Positions 1 to 8,342 of a stretch of DNA of 32,000 nt are shown one piece after another. Below the pieces are notes generated by a model. The model was given only the letters and a program-made list of their open reading frames with translations, searched no databases and had not been told where the DNA came from. Positions within the stretch are counted from its first letter, which is position 1, and each line of letters begins with the position of its first letter. The DNA is taken from assembly GCF_023169545.1 (NCBI RefSeq), contig NZ_AP019769.1, positions 1 through 32,000 on the forward strand. The letters are read 5' to 3'. This DNA comes from Nanobdella aerobiophila. Lineage in GTDB: Archaea > Nanobdellota > Nanobdellia > Nanobdellales > Nanobdellaceae. A program made the translations under genes and the position numbers.

Positions 1-337
1 AATATTATAATATTTCATTAAATATAAAAAATATATATTATTACTTATTAGTAGTTTTGAATAATAGGACAAATATAATAAAAATATATTACACTTTGAA
101 ATAGGTCTATGGAAATATTTATATATGTAGTTTATAAACCTTTTGATAATCAACATTTTTAAACATCAAAGTATATCTATTATTTAGTACTTAAGATAAA
201 TGATATAGAATGAAATGTAGGAAATTAAAATAAAAAATGTGTTTTTAATAATAATTATCAAAAAAAGAGGCAGATATGTTATTTCTAGGATTAGACGACT
301 AGTAATATTTTAAAATAATTTTACAATAAAATATATT
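1..337. other. Candidate replication-origin / promoter region upstream of orc1/cdc6 (truncated by the window edge)
   Basis: Non-coding AT-rich stretch directly 5' of the cdc6 - PolD small subunit pair. It contains two similar direct elements, TGAAATAGGTCTATGGAAAT (97-116) and TGAAATGTAGGAAAT (211-225), and a small palindrome TTGATAATCAA (143-153). Origin assignment rests on synteny only. Confidence 0.3.
308..317 (+). promoter_or_regulatory. TATA box for cdc6 (TTTTAAAATA), centre about 25 nt upstream of the ATG
   Basis: Same motif class and spacing as upstream of several other first-in-unit genes in this window. Implies a leaderless or very short leader transcript. Confidence 0.4.
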
Positions 338-1567
338 ATGAACACAAGCTCCATAATAAATTATTTTATTTCAGATTTTGATAAATATATATCAAAAAGA
401 AGGAGCATAATACAAGATTCTAGATATCTAGATGAAGAATATGTTCCAAATGAGATTAGATTTAGAGATACACAAAAAGAAATGATATTATATAATATTG
501 GTGAATTTATAAATAGTAATGCAGGTAATAATCTATTTTTGTATGGTAGTACAGGTGCAGGTAAAACATTAATTGCTAGATTTATAAATAAAGGTATAAA
601 TGGTCTGGCAATCCAAAGAAAATTAAGATTAAAAGTTTCATATATTAATTGTAAATTAATATCCTCTAAAGATATAGATTATTATATATTTAAGAGAATT
701 TATGAGGATCTAACGGATATAAATTTAAAATCCGGCATAAGGAAGCAAGAAATACACGAGAATATATATAGATATTTGGAATCTAGCGATAAGAAATTAA
801 TAATAATACTGGATGAAGCAGATTTTATATTAAATAATAATAGTTCTGACTTATTATATTTATTATTAAGAAATTACGACATAAATATATATAATAGAAT
901 AAAATTTGTATTTGTTGCAAATTCAATATCTTTTATGAATGATGTAGATCAAAGAGTAAAATCCTCATTATCTTCTACATTATATATTCATTTTACTCCA
1001 TATAATTATTATGAATTAAAAGAGATATTAAAAGAGAGAGCAAAGAATGCGTTATACGAAAATTCAATATCCGAAGAAAATATAAATTATATAGCTGCAA
1101 AAATTGCCAAAAACTCTGGAGATGCAAGAGTTGGTATAAATATATTGAAGATGTCTGCCGAGATTGCTGCCAGTAAAAATAAAGAAAGGATAGATAGAGA
1201 AGATATAGATGAAGCTTTTGAAAATGTTGAACTAGATATAATAAATTCAATTATATATTCACTAAATAAAAATCAAAGGATAATTTTATTAAGTTTGTTA
1301 GATAGGCAGATAAGCAATAAAGGAGAATTTGTAACATTTACCGAACTATACGAAGAATATATAAAAAATATAGATAAGTTTGGTATGAAACCACTCGATA
1401 AGACGACCGTATATAAAAATCTGAAGACAATAGAATTAGTATTAGGAAATTTAGTAGAAACTTCAGTAGTATCTAAAGGTAGAGAAGGGTATAAAAAGAT
1501 TATAAAAGTTATTGCAGATGAAGAAAATCTTATAAAGATGGATAATAAAATAAGAAAAGAGATATGA
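338..1567 (+). CDS. cdc6: Orc1/Cdc6 replication initiator (AAA+ ATPase with C-terminal winged helix)
   Basis: 409 aa. Walker A GSTGAGKT, Walker B IIILDEADF, a sensor/lid region, then a C-terminal wH-like tail. The stop overlaps the next start (ATGA 1564-1567). Confidence 0.9.
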   Translation: MNTSSIINYFISDFDKYISKRRSIIQDSRYLDEEYVPNEIRFRDTQKEMILYNIGEFINSNAGNNLFLYGSTGAGKTLIARFINKGINGLAIQRKLRLKVSYINCKLISSKDIDYYIFKRIYEDLTDINLKSGIRKQEIHENIYRYLESSDKKLIIILDEADFILNNNSSDLLYLLLRNYDINIYNRIKFVFVANSISFMNDVDQRVKSSLSSTLYIHFTPYNYYELKEILKERAKNALYENSISEENINYIAAKIAKNSGDARVGINILKMSAEIAASKNKERIDREDIDEAFENVELDIINSIIYSLNKNQRIILLSLLDRQISNKGEFVTFTELYEEYIKNIDKFGMKPLDKTTVYKNLKTIELVLGNLVETSVVSKGREGYKKIIKVIADEENLIKMDNKIRKEI

Positions 1568-3258
1568 AAAAAGAGGATATAATTACTGAATTTTTAAAAT
1601 ATAATATTTTGGTTACTAAGGAAGCTATTGATATTTTAGAAAAATTATCTGATGATAGAATATATGATATAATAAAAAAAGCAGTTTCTGAAAATGCTGT
1701 AATAATAAATAAAGATGATTTAGTTGAATATAAAGAAGAGAAAAAAGAGAATAGTAAGGGTATATTATCATTCTTTTCTAATGAATCTAGGAAATATGAA
1801 GAAAATAAGGAAATTAATTTGAAAAATGATAATATAGATTTAAATATATCTATGAAAAAGATTTTGGAAAGGAAAGAAGATAATTTGAAGATAAAAAATG
1901 AAATAACTGTAGAAATACACAATAAAAAAGAAAAAAGAATAGGGGAAGAAATAGAGACAAATATAAAATTGTTAGATGATCAAACAAAAAAAATAAATAT
2001 TTTAAAGAAGTTTGATATACAGAAAAATAAGGCGGATATCTCTTCCTGGGTATCTTATTATAAGTCTAGATTAAATAAGATTAAAAAGCATCTTAAAGAG
2101 CATGGAGAATTAAAAAATATATATGCATTGGACAAAATACCAGAAAATGAAGAAAATATAGGTATTGCCGGTATGATATATGATAAAAAGATTAAAGAAA
2201 ATGGTATTTTGTATGTAATAGAAGATGGAAATAAGGTTATAAGAGTTTTTGTAAATAAGAATAAAGAAGATATAGATTTTAATCTAATTAAAAGCATTCC
2301 ATTAGATTCTGTTATTGGTTTTGTTGGTGTGTATAAAAAGGGTATGTTTTTTGCAGACCAGGTAATATTTCCAGATGTACCTATGAAGAAGCCAAAAACA
2401 TATGGAAATGATGATATATATATTGCATTTACAGGAGATTGGCAAATTGGAAATAAATACGCTATAGATACAATATTTGATAGATTTATTAAGTTCTTAT
2501 ATGGTAAAACAGAGAATGAAAAATTAAATGAATTGTCTAGGAAAATTGGATACTTATCTATTATAGGTGATGTAGTGGATGGTGTTGGAGTCTATCCAGA
2601 GCAAGAGAAAGAATTATTATTAAAAACATATGAACAACAGTATCAAAAGATGGACGAATATATAGTGTCTATGCCGGAAGATCTAAAAATTGCAATAATA
2701 CCAGGTAATCATGATATACCTAGATTGGCAGAACCGCAGCCAGCACTTCCAAGATCTTTTTTAAGGCAATCATATCAATTAAAAAATGTTTATTATTTAT
2801 CCAATCCATCTTATGTATCTTTTCATGATTCTATTACTACATTAATGTATCATGGATATGTACTAGATTGGTTAGTATCTGAAATACCAATATTAAGAGA
2901 GAGAGGAGGATATGAAAATCCTGGTGAATTAATGAAATTTTTATTAATGCTAAGATTAATAGCCCCTACTCATGGTGCAACACCATATATGCCATATTTT
3001 GATGAAGATCCACTGGTAATTGATGATATACCAGATATTTTTCATACAGGACACATCCATAGGGCTTCTTATGATACTTACAGGAGTGTAGATATGGTAA
3101 ATTCTTCGACATTCCAAGATACTACTCCATATCAAAAAGAATTAGGTCATAAGCCTTTACCAGGTATTATATTTTTGAGAAATATAAAAGATGGGTCTGT
3201 ATTAGCTGTTAATTTAAATGATTTAACAATACATAATATAAGGGATAAAATTATATAA
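1564..3258 (+). CDS. polB: DNA polymerase II (PolD) small subunit DP1
   Basis: 564 aa. The C-terminal calcineurin-like phosphoesterase motifs GDWQIG, GDVVDGVGVYPEQ, GNHD and GHIH are typical of archaeal DP1. ATGA overlap with cdc6. Confidence 0.85.
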   Translation: MKKEDIITEFLKYNILVTKEAIDILEKLSDDRIYDIIKKAVSENAVIINKDDLVEYKEEKKENSKGILSFFSNESRKYEENKEINLKNDNIDLNISMKKILERKEDNLKIKNEITVEIHNKKEKRIGEEIETNIKLLDDQTKKINILKKFDIQKNKADISSWVSYYKSRLNKIKKHLKEHGELKNIYALDKIPENEENIGIAGMIYDKKIKENGILYVIEDGNKVIRVFVNKNKEDIDFNLIKSIPLDSVIGFVGVYKKGMFFADQVIFPDVPMKKPKTYGNDDIYIAFTGDWQIGNKYAIDTIFDRFIKFLYGKTENEKLNELSRKIGYLSIIGDVVDGVGVYPEQEKELLLKTYEQQYQKMDEYIVSMPEDLKIAIIPGNHDIPRLAEPQPALPRSFLRQSYQLKNVYYLSNPSYVSFHDSITTLMYHGYVLDWLVSEIPILRERGGYENPGELMKFLLMLRLIAPTHGATPYMPYFDEDPLVIDDIPDIFHTGHIHRASYDTYRSVDMVNSSTFQDTTPYQKELGHKPLPGIIFLRNIKDGSVLAVNLNDLTIHNIRDKII

Positions 3259-3280
3259 AATATTTTGTGATTTATAATAT

Positions 3281-3562
3281 ATGAAAATAATAAAGGAAAA
3301 TGACGAAGAAATGGAAATTGTATTCGAAAATGACAGACCAACAGTTTATATATTAATAAAAGAAGAATTAGATAAAGATAAAAATGTGATCATATCTGCA
3401 TGGAAAGAAGATCATCCTTTATTAAAGAATATAAGTTTATATATAAAGACAGATAAAAACGAGAAACCGAGAAATGCGTTAATAAACGCTACCAAAAGGG
3501 CCATAGAAAGAGTTAATAATTTTAGTAAGGAGTATAATAAGATAATTAATGAAATTAGATAA
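3281..3562 (+). CDS. rpoL: DNA-directed RNA polymerase subunit L (Rpo11/Rpb11-like)
   Basis: 93 aa. The pattern E.V.E.D.T..ILIKEEL....V..A....HPLL......IKTD....P..AL..A matches the RpoL consensus (EDHTLGNL...V.FA.Y...HPL...IKI.T...P..AL). GTGAT (3267-3271), 9 nt upstream of the ATG, is a possible Shine-Dalgarno. Confidence 0.7.
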   Translation: MKIIKENDEEMEIVFENDRPTVYILIKEELDKDKNVIISAWKEDHPLLKNISLYIKTDKNEKPRNALINATKRAIERVNNFSKEYNKIINEIR

Positions 3563-5351
3563 AGTAGTTTTAGATACTTCTGTATTAATTGACGGTTATC
3601 TCACAGAATCTTTATTAAATAATAAAATATCTGTAGATGTAGTAATAATACCTGTACCTGCTATAGATGAACTGCAAGCCCAGGCAAATAAGAGATATGA
3701 AAAAGGATTTTTAGGTTTGAGGGAAATACAGAGAATAAGAGAACTATCAAAGCAATATAATTATAAGGTATTGATTTATGGCGAAAAACCAAATTTGGAA
3801 CAGATAAAATTAGCAAAATCCGGATATATAGATTATTTGATACTAAAAGTTGCAATATCAAATAATGCGACTTTGCTAACATCAGATAAGGTATTATATG
3901 AAGTAGCAAAGGCATATAGTGCTCCTGTAATATATATAGAAAAGGAAAATATATCTGTAGATAAACCCCCGTTTTTAGATTTATTTACTGAGGATACAAT
4001 GTCTGTACATATTATTGAAGGAGTTAAGGTAAAGAGAAAGAGGGGAAAACCTGGGGAATGGTACTTGGAGGAAGTAGATAAGATATATAATAAAGAAGAA
4101 ATAGAGGATCTAATAGATCAAATATTATATATTTCTAGGAATAGATTTGATTCATTCATAGAACAAGAAAGAGAAGATAGCATTATAATACAATTATCCT
4201 CATTTAGGATTGTAATTGTAAAACCTCCATTATCTGATAGTTATGAGATTACTATTGTAAGACCAGTAAAAATATTGAAGATACAGGATTATAATTTAGA
4301 TGAAAAAATATTGGGTAGGTTGAGGGATAAAGCAGAAGGTATTATAATTGTTGGTAGACCAGGTTCTGGTAAGACTACATTTGCTCAGGCATTGTCTGAA
4401 TATTATTTAGAGATAAAAAAGATAGTTAAAACAATAGAAGCACCTAGAGATCTAAATCTATCGAAAGATATAATACAATATTCTAAAAAATCTTCTGATA
4501 AAAATGAAATACATGATATATTATTATTATCTCGACCGGATTATGTAATATTTGATGAAATGAGAAATACAGATGATTTCAATTTATATATAGATCTAAG
4601 ATTAGCAGGCATTGGAATGATTGGTGTTTCTCATGCAGAAAGACCAATAGATATAATACATAGATTATTATCAAGAACTGAGCTCGGTTTAATACCACAG
4701 GTAATAGATACTATAATATTTATAGATAAAGGTACTATAAGTAAAATATATTATTTAAATATGGTGGTTAAGATACCAACAGGACTTAAAGAGGAAGATT
4801 TAACAAGACCTGTAGTAGAAATAAGAGATTTTATGACGGATAAGTTGGAATATGAGATATATACTTTTGGAGACGAGATAATTGTCTCACCTGTAAATAA
4901 AAAATCTTCAAAGTCTGGATTACAAAGATATTTAGAAGATATATTAAATTACGAATATAAAAGGAAGTATCAAAATATTATGATAGACGTGGGTGATGAT
5001 AAAATTATATTTTATATACAGAAGAAATTGAAAGGAAGATTTATTAGAATGGAGAAACCTGTATTGATGAGCATAAAGAATAAATATAAATTGAGAATTG
5101 AAATAAAGCCAATAGAAATGGTACAAGATAATATAAATATAGATTATGAAATTGATGATAACTACATTATAATAAGGCTAGGTAATTATTTTAAGAAAAA
5201 AGATGTGGGTATATACATAGAAGGTAATCTATTAGGGCGATTTAAGGTGAATAAGAGGGGTAAGATAGTTATAAACAAGAAAGATGAAATAGGCAAGTAC
5301 CTGGAAAATGCTATAAATTCAAACAAAAAAATAGAGATAAAATTAATATGA
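3549..5351 (+). CDS. PIN-domain / PilT-type ATPase / KH-domain protein (COG1855-type archaeal ATPase)
   Basis: 600 aa. N-terminal PIN signature VVLDTSVLIDG, central Walker A GRPGSGKTT with downstream DEMR, and a C-terminal RNA-binding-like extension. Overlaps rpoL by 14 nt and ABCE1 by ATGA. Confidence 0.75.
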   Translation: MKLDKVVLDTSVLIDGYLTESLLNNKISVDVVIIPVPAIDELQAQANKRYEKGFLGLREIQRIRELSKQYNYKVLIYGEKPNLEQIKLAKSGYIDYLILKVAISNNATLLTSDKVLYEVAKAYSAPVIYIEKENISVDKPPFLDLFTEDTMSVHIIEGVKVKRKRGKPGEWYLEEVDKIYNKEEIEDLIDQILYISRNRFDSFIEQEREDSIIIQLSSFRIVIVKPPLSDSYEITIVRPVKILKIQDYNLDEKILGRLRDKAEGIIIVGRPGSGKTTFAQALSEYYLEIKKIVKTIEAPRDLNLSKDIIQYSKKSSDKNEIHDILLLSRPDYVIFDEMRNTDDFNLYIDLRLAGIGMIGVSHAERPIDIIHRLLSRTELGLIPQVIDTIIFIDKGTISKIYYLNMVVKIPTGLKEEDLTRPVVEIRDFMTDKLEYEIYTFGDEIIVSPVNKKSSKSGLQRYLEDILNYEYKRKYQNIMIDVGDDKIIFYIQKKLKGRFIRMEKPVLMSIKNKYKLRIEIKPIEMVQDNINIDYEIDDNYIIIRLGNYFKKKDVGIYIEGNLLGRFKVNKRGKIVINKKDEIGKYLENAINSNKKIEIKLI

Positions 5352-7096
5352 AGAGAATTGCAATTATTGATAAAGAGAAATGTAAGGCTCCTGAAAAATG
5401 TGATTATTTATGTATGAAATCATGTCCTATACAAAAAAATAATTTACCAATATTTAATATCTTAGAAAATAAAAAACCATCCATAGATGAGAGCTATTGT
5501 ATTGGTTGTGGTATATGTGTTAAAAAGTGCCCGTTTGATGCTATAATTATAATTAATTTAACTAAAGAACCTGAAGATAGACCTGTATTTCAATATGGAC
5601 CGAATACTTTTAGGTTGTATAGATTACCAGTAATTAAAGAAAATAATATCATTGGTATTATAGGCAGAAATGGAATAGGAAAAAGTACAGCAATAAATAT
5701 TATTGCAGGACTATTAAAACCAAATTTCGGTTATTATGATAAAGATATAAGCAATGAGGAAATAATAAGGAATTTTAGAGGTTCAGAATTGCAAAAATAC
5801 TTTCAAAGATTATATAATAAGGAAATAAATATATCTTACAAGCCTCAAGATATACTTAAAATAAAGAATTTATTCAAGAATTTGACTGTAAGAGAGTTTT
5901 TATCTAAAGTAGTAGATGTAAATTCATTATCAAAATATAATATAAATAATATATTAGATAGAAAAATAGAAAATTTATCTGGAGGAGAATTACAAAAGGT
6001 AATATATATCTATTCTGTATATAAAGAGCATAACTTATTATTAATAGATGAATTGACTAATTATCTAGATATATATGAAAGATTAAATATATTTAATGAT
6101 TTAAGTGACAGAAAAGAAAATGATACAATAATAATTATAGATCACGATCTATTATTTTTAGACTCTATATCTGATATAGTTCATATAGTGTATGGAATTA
6201 GAAAAGCTTATGGAGTATTTTCGCATTCCATAGGTGCTAAAGAAGGAGTAAATCAATATTTAAATGGATTTATTAGAAGAGAGAATTTAAAGATAAGGGA
6301 CAAGCCAATAAGACTGGATGTAAAAAGTTATACTGATATAAAATTAGGAAAAGATATTTTATATTGGGAAAATATTAATATAAATTTAGGAGGTTTTTCA
6401 CTAGATGCAGAAAAAGGAAATATAAAAGAATATGAAATTCTTGGTATCATAGGCAGAAATGGAATAGGAAAAAGTACATTTATGAACGCCTTAGTGGGAG
6501 GAATAAGATATAATGGTACAATATCAAGGAATGTATCTATATCATATAAGCCACAATATTTTGAATTTAATGAAGATATAACTGTGAATCAATTTCTATC
6601 TAGATTCAATGATAAATATAGAACTGAATATAATGAATATTTAACAGAATTAGATATAAATAATATATTAGATAGAAAAATAGAAAATTTATCTGGAGGA
6701 GAGAGTCAATTATTGTATACATTTGCTACATTAATTAAAGATGCAGATCTTTATCTATTTGATGAACCATTTGCAAATTTAGATATAGAGCAAAGACTTT
6801 TATTGTCAAAAATAATAAGGGATATAATAAAAAGTAAGGGAAAGGCAGGTCTTATAATAGACCATGATTTATTATTTTTAAATTGGATTTCTGATAGAAT
6901 CCTGGTATTTCTTGGAGAACCTGGTAAATATGGAAAGGTAAATGGACCATATGAAAATAAAGAAGCATTAAATTTATTCTTAAAAGAAGTAAATATAACT
7001 ATGAGACTAGATAAGGAGACAAATAGACCGAGAATAAATAAATTGAATAGTAGGCTAGATCTTATACAAAAAGAAAAAGGTATCTATATAGAATAA
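5348..7096 (+). CDS. abcE1: ABCE1 / RNase L inhibitor-type ribosome recycling ATPase
   Basis: 582 aa. N-terminal double 4Fe-4S motif (CKAPEKCDYLCMKSCP and CIGCGICVKKCP) followed by two ABC nucleotide-binding domains (GRNGIGKST twice, LSGGE twice, IDHDL twice). Confidence 0.92.
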   Translation: MKRIAIIDKEKCKAPEKCDYLCMKSCPIQKNNLPIFNILENKKPSIDESYCIGCGICVKKCPFDAIIIINLTKEPEDRPVFQYGPNTFRLYRLPVIKENNIIGIIGRNGIGKSTAINIIAGLLKPNFGYYDKDISNEEIIRNFRGSELQKYFQRLYNKEINISYKPQDILKIKNLFKNLTVREFLSKVVDVNSLSKYNINNILDRKIENLSGGELQKVIYIYSVYKEHNLLLIDELTNYLDIYERLNIFNDLSDRKENDTIIIIDHDLLFLDSISDIVHIVYGIRKAYGVFSHSIGAKEGVNQYLNGFIRRENLKIRDKPIRLDVKSYTDIKLGKDILYWENININLGGFSLDAEKGNIKEYEILGIIGRNGIGKSTFMNALVGGIRYNGTISRNVSISYKPQYFEFNEDITVNQFLSRFNDKYRTEYNEYLTELDINNILDRKIENLSGGESQLLYTFATLIKDADLYLFDEPFANLDIEQRLLLSKIIRDIIKSKGKAGLIIDHDLLFLNWISDRILVFLGEPGKYGKVNGPYENKEALNLFLKEVNITMRLDKETNRPRINKLNSRLDLIQKEKGIYIE

Positions 7097-7100
7097 AAAA

Positions 7101-7262
7101 TTATTCTTTACTTTTTATAAATGTAAATACAGTGGTTCCACATACAGGACAGGTGCCTTTTATTGCTGGTCTTCCATTTTCTAGTTTTACCTCTTTAGGA
7201 TTATTTACTTCTACCTTTTTCTTACATTTTACACAATATGCCATATATTTATTTTCAGCCAT
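7101..7262 (-). CDS. Small zinc-ribbon protein (DUF5679-like), 53 aa, absent from the ORF track
   Basis: Manual translation of the minus strand gives MAENKYMAYCVKCKKKVEVNNPKEVKLENGRPAIKGTCPVCGTTVFTFIKSKE. The paired CxxC...CxxC with the KNGRPAIKGTCPVCGT core resembles a widespread small zinc-ribbon family. The plus-strand track ORF 7132-7353 is its antisense shadow. Confidence 0.6.
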   Translation of the reverse strand: MAENKYMAYCVKCKKKVEVNNPKEVKLENGRPAIKGTCPVCGTTVFTFIKSKE

Positions 7263-7337
7263 TAGATCTATTATTATAGCAATACTTATATATTTAATTG
7301 GTCAAAAATATATAAAAAATAAATTTACTAAAAATTA

Positions 7338-8342
7338 TTATCTATTTTCATAATGATCATTTTTTATATTTAATATAAGATATATATTATCCATATAAAT
7401 ATCTACATTAATATTAAGTTCTCCAAATTTATTAATTATATTATCTATATCATAGTTATTAAATATCCATGCGTATGTATTTAAAAATTCTCCAACCTTC
7501 TCTAGATATTCTATTTCTTTGTTTAATTCTTCTAAATATTTTTTTTGTTCATTTATTATATTTAAGATCTTATTTTTTTGGTCGTTTAAGGTCTTTATTT
7601 TTTTATTTTCATTGGAACTATTATATATTTTTATAAAATAGTCATTTATATCATTTACAATATTAAAATCATCGTCAATTATAAGGTTTCCATCTCTTAT
7701 ATCTTTATATATATCATATATTTCCTTTATTTTATCATCTGGTAAATCTGCGGGCTTTATATCTTTATCTATATTTAATTTTTTTATAATGTATTCAGAA
7801 TATTTTTTTCCTAAAGATAGATCCATAGCAATGGATCTGGCTATATCTTTCTTATCTGAGTTCTTTACTTTATTATAAAAAGAATCTATATCATAAAATA
7901 CTTCAAAATTTTTCTTTGGTTTTTTGTATATCTCATTTTTATATATTTTTCTATAAACGAAATCTTTGTATTTATTTGAATATAATATTTTATCCTCTTT
8001 GTCTGTTATTATTATAAGTCCATTTGGTATCAATTCTATATAGATCTTTTTTTCATCTTCTATTCTAATTATTTTATCGTCTTCTATATATATATTTATC
8101 CTTTTATTTTGAAAATCTTTTTTTAATCTTAATATAAAATTATTTATTTCATCTCTATCTTTAATATTATATAAAAATATTATATTTCCAGGTATTATAT
8201 ATAAGTATCTTTTATCTAGACCTGGTTTATATATCTCAAATATAATCCCATCTTCTTTGTTATATATATTTTTTATTACAGAACCATTTATTTTATCTTT
8301 ATAACTGTTATACCATGCTAGTATTTCAAAGTAGTTTACCAT
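7338..8342 (-). CDS. NFACT-N / Rqc2-NEMF-like protein, N-terminal half only (NFACT-N + HhH + coiled coil)
   Basis: 334 aa. The N-terminus (ING.VIKNIY....G.IFEIYK.G...YLYIIPGN.IFL ... F...L.K......I..I.....D.I..I........IELI.NG.IIITD) follows the NFACT-N consensus. It is followed by an HhH-like segment IARSIAMDLSLGKKYSEYIIKKLNID and a Lys/Glu coiled coil. No NFACT-R/DUF814 part is present. Confidence 0.55.
   Translation of the reverse strand: MVNYFEILAWYNSYKDKINGSVIKNIYNKEDGIIFEIYKPGLDKRYLYIIPGNIIFLYNIKDRDEINNFILRLKKDFQNKRINIYIEDDKIIRIEDEKKIYIELIPNGLIIITDKEDKILYSNKYKDFVYRKIYKNEIYKKPKKNFEVFYDIDSFYNKVKNSDKKDIARSIAMDLSLGKKYSEYIIKKLNIDKDIKPADLPDDKIKEIYDIYKDIRDGNLIIDDDFNIVNDINDYFIKIYNSSNENKKIKTLNDQKNKILNIINEQKKYLEELNKEIEYLEKVGEFLNTYAWIFNNYDIDNIINKFGELNINVDIYMDNIYLILNIKNDHYENR

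Noticed and set aside
1-18. Possible start of a divergent minus-strand gene (ATG at 16-18 reading out of the window: MKYYNI...).
   Set aside because: Only six codons are visible, which cannot support a call.
993-5126. Minus-strand track ORFs inside cdc6, polB, rpoL and the PIN-ATPase (993-1250, 1530-1922, 2058-2297, 3147-3341, 3661-3915, 4944-5126).
   Set aside because: All are antisense shadows of motif-supported plus-strand genes, with low-complexity Leu/Phe/Ile/Ser translations.
3549-5351. PIN domain considered as a VapC toxin of a toxin-antitoxin pair, or the ATPase as a pilus retraction motor for the pilins at 27.4-27.8 kb.
   Set aside because: The PIN is fused to a PilT-like ATPase and an RNA-binding tail in the conserved archaeal COG1855 architecture. 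It has no antitoxin-sized partner, sits between rpoL and ABCE1, and is 22 kb from the pilin genes.
5940-6702. Perfect 49-nt direct repeat (5940-5988 and 6654-6702) and 30-nt repeat (5660-5689 and 6449-6478) inside ABCE1, considered as a possible recombination or repeat element.
   Set aside because: The repeats coincide with the signature (NNILDRKIENLSGGE) and Walker A (GRNGIGKST) segments of the two homologous ABC domains, and the 49-nt copies are in frame (offset 714 nt). Identical peptides plus extreme AT codon bias, or at most intragenic gene conversion, explain them.
7132-7353. 73-aa plus-strand ORF from the track.
   Set aside because: It is antisense to a well-formed zinc-ribbon gene (7101-7262) and overlaps the 3' end of the NFACT-N gene. 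It has no motifs and a hydrophobic low-complexity translation typical of antisense frames.
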